A stretch of DNA of 64,000 nucleotides. It comes from an uncultured Fidelibacterota bacterium. GTDB lineage: Bacteria; Fidelibacterota; UBA8477; JABMPR01. How positions within the stretch are numbered: position 1 is the first letter of the stretch; each line of letters starts with the position of its first letter. The stretch is taken from assembly GCA_937888365.1 (NCBI GenBank), contig CALBFA010000043.1, forward strand, positions 12,498 through 76,497, written 5' to 3'. The notes beneath the pieces are model-generated. The model was not told where the DNA came from, did no database searches, and was given only the letters and a program-made list of their open reading frames with translations. Of the stretch, positions 55,985 to 64,000 are shown in pieces. A program made the position numbers and the translations under genes.

Positions 55985-56878
55985 TTAGAGCCAATAAATT
56001 TCAACACCCTCTTTAATGCATGTTACGTCGATGGGCGTTGAGCCTAAGAGTTCGCCATCAGGTGTGAGAATTTTTTGAGGTTGAGTTGAAACTTTTATAT
56101 TTTTGGCTTGAAACGTTTCAACTTCATCCATGTGAATATGCTCACCAGTTATAATTTTTGGGAAGCTCGTCAAGAGTCTAAAACGGCTGGCAGGATTTAA
56201 TAGTGTGATGTCAAGGAGCCCATCATCTGTTTTAGCATTCGGCGCCATTAAAAAATCAGCTGTGTATCGCGTATTTGATATCTCGATAAAAATATTTTTC
56301 CGATTATATATTTGGCCATCTATTTCGATCGTTACATCGAAGGGCTTTAAAAATATCATCTGCCATAGGACACCAAGGGTATAGGAAAAATTGCCAAATA
56401 TCTTTAATCCCTTAGCCGTCACACCGACATCTGCAACGAAACCGAGTCCCAGAATATTGAGAAAATAATACGTTTCCCCGTCCATTACGTAGCTGCCAAC
56501 ATCAATCTTACGTGTTTTTTTGGCTTTAATAATATCCAGTGCTTTTTTCCAATTACTTTTCAATAAATTCATGTCGCGGACAAAAGCGTTTCCGGTTCCA
56601 ACTGGCAAAACGCCAATGGGAATTCGTTTGGCGGAGGTGTTCGCATAATAGCCATTGATGACTTCGTATAAAGTCCCATCACCTCCAGCGGCGATAATGC
56701 CCTCATATTTGGAAAAATCAGCTTCAGCAACATAGGTCGTCGCTTCTCCTGCCTTGTGTGTTTCCATGAGTTCGACATCCAATTGAATTTCTTCGAGATA
56801 AGCCATCACTTGGGGCAGCTTCTTTCCAGCAGCGCCGTGACCCGCCCAAGGATTGTAAATGAGAAGATGTTTTTTCAT
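55985..56878 (-). CDS. Diacylglycerol-kinase-family lipid kinase (YegS/BmrU-like)
   Basis: IYNPWAGHG N-terminus, GGDGT motif, and PVGTGNAF. Confidence 0.85.
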   Translation of the reverse strand: MKKHLLIYNPWAGHGAAGKKLPQVMAYLEEIQLDVELMETHKAGEATTYVAEADFSKYEGIIAAGGDGTLYEVINGYYANTSAKRIPIGVLPVGTGNAFVRDMNLLKSNWKKALDIIKAKKTRKIDVGSYVMDGETYYFLNILGLGFVADVGVTAKGLKIFGNFSYTLGVLWQMIFLKPFDVTIEIDGQIYNRKNIFIEISNTRYTADFLMAPNAKTDDGLLDITLLNPASRFRLLTSFPKIITGEHIHMDEVETFQAKNIKVSTQPQKILTPDGELLGSTPIDVTCIKEGVEIYWL

Positions 56879-56881
56879 GAT

Positions 56882-59275
56882 TTAAGCCTCCGCTTTTATT
56901 TCCGAAACGATGTTCTTTGGTGTGATTGAAGCCGTCACAACTTTATCTTCCAAAGCGATATCACATACTTCACTAATTTCTTCGATAAAATGAAACGTTA
57001 AGGTTTTTTTGACATTGTCAGGGATTTCTTCTAAATCTCTTTCGTTTCGTTTCGGTAGGATAATGGTCGTAAGTCCGGCTCGACTCGCCGCCATGACTTT
57101 TTCGCGAACACCTCCAATAGGTAAAACAGCACCACGAAGTGTTATTTCCCCTGTCATCCCAAGATAAGGCTTCATGATTCGCCCCGTTAAAAGAGAAATA
57201 AGAGCCGTAAACAAAGTGATTCCAGCTGAGGGTCCATCCTTTGGAATGCCACCGGCGGGGATGTGAATATGAACATCAATCTTTTTATGAAAGTCAGGTT
57301 TCAAGCCAAATTTACTATAATTACTTCTAATATAGGTAAAGGCAGCTTGTGCTGATTCCTTCATGACATCACCCAACTTACCCGTAAGTTTTAACGCACC
57401 CGACCCTGGCATTTTCATGGTTTCTATAAAGAGGATATCACCACCCACCGCTGTGTATGCGAGTCCAACAGCGATGCCGGGTTGCGTCATTCGTGTTGCA
57501 ATTTCACTATAGCGTTTTTGGGGCCCAAGATATTTTGCAATACTCCCTTTCGTGATGCGACGTTGTTTCTCGTTCCCTTCAGCGCGTTCTCGAGCGACTT
57601 TACGACATACATTTGCGACTTCACGCTCTAAATTTCTTACACCTGCTTCACGCGAATAATGATTGATTATTTCCGAGAGCGCCGTGTCCATAAAGGTGAT
57701 ATTTTCATTACTCAAGCCATGCTCTTTGATTTGTTTCGGTACTAAATACGTCTTGGCGATTTGAATTTTTTCCTCTTCAATGTAGCCAGGGAATTCGATC
57801 ATTTCCATACGGTCTCTTAATGGGCCAGGAATTGGATCGAGCCAGTTTGCCGTGGCGATAAACATGACTTTCGACAAGTCAAAATCGACTTCAAGATAAT
57901 GGTCATTGAAAGAGTGGTTTTGTTCGGGGTCGAGGACTTCCAGCAATGCCGAGGATGGATCGCCACGAAAATCAGTTCCGAGTTTATCGACCTCATCCAA
58001 CATAAAGACGGGATTTCTCGTTTTACCTTTTTTTAGATTCTGAATAATACGCCCAGGTAGGGCACCAATATAGGTTCGGCGATGTCCCCGAATTTCAGCT
58101 TCATCTCGAACGCCCCCGAGAGACATGCGAATAAATTCACGCCCCAGCGCTTTTGCAATACTGTTTCCCATTGATGTTTTTCCCGTTCCTGGAGGGCCGG
58201 TAAAACAAAGAATCGGTCCTTTCATCGGTGCATCAGGGTCTTGTTCTGTCTTTAATTTGCGGACGGCTAAAAATTCAAGAATTCTATTTTTGACACGCTT
58301 TAGACCATAATGGTCACTATCTAAAATGTCCAAAGCTTTTTGAATATCGACTTGGTCAACCGATTCTTTTTTCCAGGGCAAATCAACAAGCCAATCTAAA
58401 TATGTACGTGCAACATTATATTCAGGAGACGAAGGGGGAATGCGTTCGAGGCGACTTAATTCCTTCCGAGCGACCTTGAGAGCGTCTTCTGGCATTTCGG
58501 CTTTTGTGATTTTTTCTTCTAAATCTTTGTGCTCAACGGATTGGTCATCTTCACCGAGTTCTTTTCGGATGGCTTTGAGCTGCTCTCTTAGAAAATATTC
58601 GCGTTGATTTTTCGAAATTTCGTCTTGGACTTCGCTTTGAATTTTTTCACCCACTTGTTGACGTTGCGTTTCGCGATTAACCATTTTAATGGCGGTTTGG
58701 ATTCGTAACTCCACATTGAGCTCTTCCAGAATCTCTTGTTGCTCTTTGTTAGGTAATTGAAGCATGGAGATAATCCGATCGACGAGTCGGCCAGGATGTG
58801 AGATATTAGAAAGAAGCGATAGGTGTTCTTGAGCGATATAATCCGCTGCTTCTGCGAGTTCTGCGAATTGAGTGCGAAGATGTTTTACCAAGGCATCAAT
58901 TTCTAAACTTGGTGTATATTCCTCTTGAAGGGCATAAATTACACCACGAAAGTAGGGATCTGTTTGTGTCAATTTATCAATTCGAATCCGTTCTCCACCT
59001 TGAACAATAGCACTTTGACTACCATCGGGCATATCTAAAATCTTTTTAATTTCCGCCGTTGTACCCATCGTAAATAAATCGTCAGTGCCTGGTTTTTCGA
59101 CAGCGGCATCACGTTGTGCGACGACAATAATTATTTTTTTCCCCGTTGGTAAATCTTTTAATAGTGAGAGTGAGCTTTCACGTCCGATATAAAGAGGTAT
59201 AACTTGTTGGGGGAATAATACCGTGTTGCGTAAAGGCATCACAGGTAAAGAATGTGTAAATTCAAGAATAGCCAT
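56882..59275 (-). CDS. lon: ATP-dependent Lon protease (endopeptidase La)
   Basis: LON N-domain, AAA+ GPPGTGKTS, and protease motif PKDGPSAGIT. 797 aa. Confidence 0.95.
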   Translation of the reverse strand: MAILEFTHSLPVMPLRNTVLFPQQVIPLYIGRESSLSLLKDLPTGKKIIIVVAQRDAAVEKPGTDDLFTMGTTAEIKKILDMPDGSQSAIVQGGERIRIDKLTQTDPYFRGVIYALQEEYTPSLEIDALVKHLRTQFAELAEAADYIAQEHLSLLSNISHPGRLVDRIISMLQLPNKEQQEILEELNVELRIQTAIKMVNRETQRQQVGEKIQSEVQDEISKNQREYFLREQLKAIRKELGEDDQSVEHKDLEEKITKAEMPEDALKVARKELSRLERIPPSSPEYNVARTYLDWLVDLPWKKESVDQVDIQKALDILDSDHYGLKRVKNRILEFLAVRKLKTEQDPDAPMKGPILCFTGPPGTGKTSMGNSIAKALGREFIRMSLGGVRDEAEIRGHRRTYIGALPGRIIQNLKKGKTRNPVFMLDEVDKLGTDFRGDPSSALLEVLDPEQNHSFNDHYLEVDFDLSKVMFIATANWLDPIPGPLRDRMEMIEFPGYIEEEKIQIAKTYLVPKQIKEHGLSNENITFMDTALSEIINHYSREAGVRNLEREVANVCRKVARERAEGNEKQRRITKGSIAKYLGPQKRYSEIATRMTQPGIAVGLAYTAVGGDILFIETMKMPGSGALKLTGKLGDVMKESAQAAFTYIRSNYSKFGLKPDFHKKIDVHIHIPAGGIPKDGPSAGITLFTALISLLTGRIMKPYLGMTGEITLRGAVLPIGGVREKVMAASRAGLTTIILPKRNERDLEEIPDNVKKTLTFHFIEEISEVCDIALEDKVVTASITPKNIVSEIKAEA

Positions 59276-59284
59276 AAAAATCCT

Positions 59285-60325
59285 TTATTCTTTTAGTGTG
59301 ACGGCAATTTCAAATTCATCATTGTCGTCATTACTATCATTATCATCATCTTCAGAAATTTGCATTTCATAAATTTTACTAAAATATTTGTAAACTTTTA
59401 AAACTCTTAGGGTCACTAATTTATCGCCCTTTTTGTCGCGTCTTGCGATAGCAGGCCATAAACCATTTGCTAGTTGCAGGGGTTCTATCCAATTGATAAG
59501 CTTTTTAGAATAGCGATTCCAAGGCTGATTCAAACGCATGAGTATTTCAAGAACTCGAAGTGTACCTCCGTGAAGCGGCCCAAGTCCTTGATAGCCCGTA
59601 CTTAAATTATCCCACGCTTGGATGCTTTTTAATAGAGGACTCGCATCGGTTGCCACAAGATTATCACATACTAATCGTAATGCTTTTTGGACCCCCTCAC
59701 GCTTATGATAGTGGGGAATCATACTAAGTACATCCAAAGCAAACAATGAGGTCCAGATGCAAAATTCATAGCCCTTCCCAAGTTGTTCTTCGTCAATCCA
59801 GCCACCGTTTGGCTTTTGTGCTCTAAATAGATATTGATATGCCTTGGAAGCCATGGGGTTATCGTTTAGGCCATAAATTGTTAAGACATGAAGCGCATGG
59901 ATATGATGAAGTAACGTTCCTGGGAATCGGCCTTCAGAATTCATCTGCTTCATGATATTAACAAGACTTGCTTGAATCTTTTCCTGTTTAACCGTCGCAC
60001 CAAAATTATGTAACTCATCTAATACTTCAACCTGACGAGCAAATGTTAAGATATGAATTTGATCCTCATTCAAACCGTCCACCGGAAACGAAACAGGCCA
60101 AAACCCTTTCGCGTTCTGTTGACTAAAAAGAGACTTTCGCTCTCCGTAATTTCGTAAGTTTTTTTTGGCGATGGCATAGCGTTCTGAATCCGTTTCGTTG
60201 ATAACATCTCGAAACAAGTAATAGCGAATGATAGGACTTCCAGCACTCGCCAGTATTTCAACAGGGTCTTTTTTTAGTCTTGATATCCAGTGTGCAAATT
60301 CGGGGTTATTTTCTTTCCAATTCAT
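59285..60325 (-). CDS. Hypothetical protein with prenyltransferase/terpene-cyclase-like alpha-alpha toroid repeats and a poly-acidic tail
   Basis: Recurrent Q/N-x-x-x-G-x-W/F motifs (QNAKGFWPV, MNSEGRFPG, QKPNGGWID, LANGLWPA). Tail is SEDDDNDSNDDNDEFE. Stop lies 9 nt upstream of the lon start. Confidence 0.5.
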   Translation of the reverse strand: MNWKENNPEFAHWISRLKKDPVEILASAGSPIIRYYLFRDVINETDSERYAIAKKNLRNYGERKSLFSQQNAKGFWPVSFPVDGLNEDQIHILTFARQVEVLDELHNFGATVKQEKIQASLVNIMKQMNSEGRFPGTLLHHIHALHVLTIYGLNDNPMASKAYQYLFRAQKPNGGWIDEEQLGKGYEFCIWTSLFALDVLSMIPHYHKREGVQKALRLVCDNLVATDASPLLKSIQAWDNLSTGYQGLGPLHGGTLRVLEILMRLNQPWNRYSKKLINWIEPLQLANGLWPAIARRDKKGDKLVTLRVLKVYKYFSKIYEMQISEDDDNDSNDDNDEFEIAVTLKE

Positions 60326-60808
60326 ACCTTAAGTTAACTGAATAAATATCGTATCAAAACATGAAATGACAGCATCTAAAGTTATCTATACTGTATTAAA
60401 TTGCAGAATCTCTCTCGCTATGACTGAATTATAGACCTCTAAGACAGGAAGTGAAGTGTTTCATTCGATATGAAGGCATCATTCATAGAGTAAAGAGTGA
60501 TAAACGAGGTTTAATACGTAATAATCAATAGAAACAAAAATAACTTTCGTGTAAAACGGAATATTTAAACCTTTAAACATGTTTCCTGTTCATGTGTGGA
60601 TACTTATGAGTTGATATCATTATTTTTTGCTAATAACAAGCAGTAAAATCAATAAAAACAAATATGTTACCGTGTCAAAAGGCTTGAATACATCTTGACT
60701 TTTCTAATGACAATGAGAAATTAAGCAAAGCATGAAAAGAAAAGGGCATACTTTTATTATTAGAACTAAAAAACATCCTCTTCCATACGATTTGTTAAGG
60801 AATTAGAT

Positions 60809-63256
60809 ATTTCAAAGGCGATTATTTTTTGTTTTTTTCTGTTACCAATTCTCCTATTGGGCGATAGTAATTTAGAAAACAAAATTGTATATCGGGTCGC
60901 CATTGATAAAGAATATGAACCGTATGAATTTGTAAATGATGAGAATAAGGCAGATGGATTTACACCTGCTTTACTCAAAGAAATCGGAAAATCAGCTGAT
61001 GTTACCTTTGAATTTATTCCATTGACTTGGGGTCATGCACTCGAATCCCTCGAAAATGGAGATGTGGATTTAATCAATATGATTTACTCTTCTGAAAGAG
61101 AGCAAAATTATGCTTTTTCCTTGCCCCATAGTCAAATAAACCAAGCTCTTTTTAACACCGATAAATCTAAAGAGATTATCAATCTTGCATCTTTAAAAGA
61201 TTATACCGTTGGATTCCAAGAATATGACATCTCACTTTCTTATTTTAAAAATAGAGATGATTTTGTAAAAAAAATATTCCATTCAAAATTAGACGGCCTA
61301 TTGAATTTAAATTTGGGAGAACTTGATGCTTTTGTGTGTGCTCAACAAGCGGGGATTAACTTAATTACGAAATATAATTTATCAAATTTGCATTTGGCTG
61401 TTGGGGGACTTTTCCCTGAAAAATTTGCATTTGCCACTCGTAAAAATAATAAAGAACTCATAGATTTGCTCAATACTCATTTAGGAATAATCTCTAATTC
61501 AGGCGAGCTTAAAGTCTTAACTGAGAGATGGCTTTCAAGAAGCTTGCATACGAAAACATGGATCGAAAAAAACCAATCTCTCGTTTTGAGAACGACGGGA
61601 TTAATGGTTTTAATTCTGATGGGTCTTATTTATTGGAATTACGCCTTACGACTTCGTGTTGATATCAAAACAAAATCACTCCAAGAAAGTGAAATGAGCT
61701 TGCGTAAATCTCAAGAAATGGCTCTTATTGGGAGTTGGGACTTAGACATCGCTTCGGGGCACTTGTTTTGGTCTGATGAAGTGTATCGATTATTTGGTTT
61801 TGTACCACATGAAATTAATCCCACTTATGAATTATTTCTTGAAAGAATCCATCGAGACGATTTGGAAAGAGTACGAAATGTTTTTTCCAACTCAATTTCA
61901 GAAGGTAAAGAAACGTGCGAGATTGAATTTCGAATTCGGAAAAATGGGACGAAAGACATCAGACATATTTATGAAAAATGTGAAAATATTAAAGATCCTT
62001 CAGGAAAAATTGTGAAATCTGTTGGAATGATACATGATATTACCGACAGGAAACAGGCCGAACAGAATATCATCATGCAAAATGAAAAGCTAGTTCTAGC
62101 AAAACAAAAAGCAGAAGAAAGCGACCTACTAAAAACAGAGTTTATTCGAAATATGTCTCATGAAATTAGAACACCCATGAATGGTATCATCGGATTTTCA
62201 AAAATACTTGAGACACCAAATCTTACACCAGAAAAGCAAAAAATTTATGTGAATATTATTCAAAACAGTGGATTTCAATTAATGCGTATCATCGATGATT
62301 TGTTAGAAATATCAGAATTAGAAACCAAACAAGTCAGAACAATTGAAAAATCCATTTGTTTAAATGATATTCTAATGGAATTATTCTCCATTTTTGATGT
62401 AAAAGCAAAACACAATAAAATTCATTTGTATTTAGAAACCAGCCTTCAAAATGAGGATAGTTATTGTAGTACTGATGTAGCAAAGCTCAATAAGGTATTA
62501 AGCAATTTACTGGAAAATGCAGTGAAATATACAAAAGAAGGTTATGTTGAATTCGGATATATTGTAAAAGAGGCTCTAGAACCCCCTTTAATCGAATTCT
62601 ATGTAAAAGATACAGGTATTGGAATTAAACCCGAAAACCAAGAAATGATATTTGAGCGCTTTTCACAAGAAGAAAAAAGTTTGTCTGAGAGTGTAGGCGG
62701 TCTTGGTTTAGGACTATCGATAGCAAAAGAAAACGCCCAACTCTTAGGTGGAGATGTTAGACTTGAATCAGAAAAAAATAAGGGCTCAACGTTTTACGTA
62801 ACGATTCCTTTTAAAAAAAGTAAAAAGGAAACAGAAGACGGTATTGCGCCTTATAAACATCACAATGCAAAAAAATCGAATGACACGTCTACGGTTCTAT
62901 TAGTCGAAGATGAAGAAGTAAATTCGTTATATCTCTCGATTTTACTCGAAAATGCGACCCCCTCACTCAATATATTGCATGCAAAAAATGGAAAAGAAGC
63001 GGTGGAAATGTGTCAGTCAAATCCTTCCATTGAAATTGTTTTTATGGACTTGAAAACCCCCATATTAAATGGCTATGAATCAACAAAAATGATTAAAAAA
63101 TTTCGCCCTGAATTGCCCGTTATAGCTCAAACGGCTTATTCATCCAAAAGCGACAAAGAAAAAGCATTTTCATTTGGATGTGATGATTTTATTTCCAAGC
63201 CCATAAGCCAAAATACGATTCAAACGATATTAAATAATTATTTGATTCAAGACTAA
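60809..63256 (+). CDS. Hybrid sensor histidine kinase (periplasmic SBP_bac_3-like domain, TM, PAS, HisKA, HATPase, REC)
   Basis: H-box SHEIRTPMNGI, N/G boxes (NLLENAVKYT, DTGIGI, GGLGLGLSI), REC domain (LLVEDEE..FMDLKTP), and PAS (EFRIRKNGTKD). The start is set at ATT 60809 so that the signal/TM segment SKAIIFCFFLLPILLL is included. The first canonical start is TTG 60857. Confidence 0.85.
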   Translation: MSKAIIFCFFLLPILLLGDSNLENKIVYRVAIDKEYEPYEFVNDENKADGFTPALLKEIGKSADVTFEFIPLTWGHALESLENGDVDLINMIYSSEREQNYAFSLPHSQINQALFNTDKSKEIINLASLKDYTVGFQEYDISLSYFKNRDDFVKKIFHSKLDGLLNLNLGELDAFVCAQQAGINLITKYNLSNLHLAVGGLFPEKFAFATRKNNKELIDLLNTHLGIISNSGELKVLTERWLSRSLHTKTWIEKNQSLVLRTTGLMVLILMGLIYWNYALRLRVDIKTKSLQESEMSLRKSQEMALIGSWDLDIASGHLFWSDEVYRLFGFVPHEINPTYELFLERIHRDDLERVRNVFSNSISEGKETCEIEFRIRKNGTKDIRHIYEKCENIKDPSGKIVKSVGMIHDITDRKQAEQNIIMQNEKLVLAKQKAEESDLLKTEFIRNMSHEIRTPMNGIIGFSKILETPNLTPEKQKIYVNIIQNSGFQLMRIIDDLLEISELETKQVRTIEKSICLNDILMELFSIFDVKAKHNKIHLYLETSLQNEDSYCSTDVAKLNKVLSNLLENAVKYTKEGYVEFGYIVKEALEPPLIEFYVKDTGIGIKPENQEMIFERFSQEEKSLSESVGGLGLGLSIAKENAQLLGGDVRLESEKNKGSTFYVTIPFKKSKKETEDGIAPYKHHNAKKSNDTSTVLLVEDEEVNSLYLSILLENATPSLNILHAKNGKEAVEMCQSNPSIEIVFMDLKTPILNGYESTKMIKKFRPELPVIAQTAYSSKSDKEKAFSFGCDDFISKPISQNTIQTILNNYLIQD

Positions 63257-63308
63257 CTCTCAACGATAGTTTAATACTCAGCTCATCTAAAAACGTTAAT
63301 TTCTAGAG

Positions 63309-64000
63309 TTACTTCAATAATAAAATTTTCTGAGTCTGGACGTGATCATTGCTTGTCATCCTGACAAAATAAACACCTGCTGCATAATGTTGTGCATTAA
63401 AGATAACATCGTGAGGACCGCCTGGAAAATCCCCATCCACGAGTGTTTGATGCACCCGCCCTTTAATATCTAAAATATCGAGTTTTACGCTTGTTGCTTT
63501 ATTTAATGAAAAGCTAATATGTGTACTGGGATTGAAGGGGTTAGGATAGACTGGATTTAAAGTATAATCTTCTGGATAAATTGGGAAAGTATGAATATCT
63601 AAGCTTGTATCGAGTTGCAAATAGGTCAGTACTGCAAATGTAAAGGCATTTCGTTCATCAATATTATAGATGGTCTCAAACGGAAAACCTAGCGTTACGA
63701 CTTGACCTGTCTGAGTTCCGCCATCAAATATACCCGTAAAACCTAAAGCCGCGATTTGCCCATTCGTATAATTTAAAAGCGAGGAAGACCCGCCGTTGGT
63801 AAGATAAGAGTCAGGATAATCTTCTTCGTAAACACCATAGTCACCATTGTCAAAATGAAAAATCATATTCGCGAAGGCAGTCCCTGAAACACCACTTGCT
63901 GCATAACTTTGAGCATCGTCATTGTTGAGCTTGAGTTTCAAGAAATTAGATGAAAATGCTTTATCAGATGCACTCCCGCGATAGTCTAAATCCCATGCGA
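63309..64000 (-). CDS. Secreted protein with T9SS-type C-terminal sorting domain, N-terminus beyond window (partial)
   Basis: C-terminal YPNPFNPSTHISFSL...GVYFVRM...KILLLK is a classic T9SS CTD. The frame stays open from 63941 to 64000 (AWDLDYRGSASDKAFSSNF), so the real start is outside the window. Confidence 0.7.
   Translation of the reverse strand, partial: AWDLDYRGSASDKAFSSNFLKLKLNNDDAQSYAASGVSGTAFANMIFHFDNGDYGVYEEDYPDSYLTNGGSSSLLNYTNGQIAALGFTGIFDGGTQTGQVVTLGFPFETIYNIDERNAFTFAVLTYLQLDTSLDIHTFPIYPEDYTLNPVYPNPFNPSTHISFSLNKATSVKLDILDIKGRVHQTLVDGDFPGGPHDVIFNAQHYAAGVYFVRMTSNDHVQTQKILLLK

Noticed and set aside
60326-60769. 444-nt AT-rich gap upstream of the sensor kinase as a possible ncRNA locus
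   Set aside because: I could recognise no stable hairpins, terminator or conserved motif. It is most simply a divergent promoter region.

Overview
AT-rich bacterial chromosomal window, most likely from an uncultivated diderm of the FCB-type radiation. Supporting genes are LpxK, LptF/G, Pal, and a protein with a T9SS-type C-terminal sorting domain. All product calls come from motif recognition by eye; nothing was searched or aligned by software. I found no rRNA, tRNA, CRISPR array, transposase, integrase or phage genes.

Layout:
- 1-1678: a secreted FG-GAP-like protein gene that runs off the left edge and is missing from the ORF track.
- 2195-11221: a tightly packed nine-gene operon that mixes PAPS synthesis (cysC, cysD, cysN) with a sulfotransferase, two glycosyltransferases, a Wzx flippase and galE. 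This is a candidate sulfated-glycan locus.
- 11222-18702: a very unusual stretch in which about 4.4 of 7.5 kb is non-coding. It is filled with a mosaic of short dispersed repeat modules between five ordinary genes (a secreted protein, pal, dppB-like, dppC-like, mgtE). The modules include a 5-copy ~133-nt structured element, 7-nt-periodic GTCACNN arrays and palindromic hairpin modules.
- 18.7-44.6 kb: mixed envelope, transport and housekeeping genes.
- 44687-49539: a two-gene operon of unknown function, pairing a 974-aa lipoprotein built from five ~135-aa tandem repeats with a 643-aa putative outer-membrane protein.
- 49.7-64 kb: tryptophanase-like lyase, GNAT, a YD-repeat lipoprotein, DUF374-lpxK, a lon operon, a hybrid sensor kinase, and a T9SS-CTD protein running off the right edge.

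Two genes (cysD and the sensor kinase) have conserved or functionally required N-termini encoded upstream of their first canonical start codon. In both, an ATT preceded by a Shine-Dalgarno-like tract is the only plausible start.
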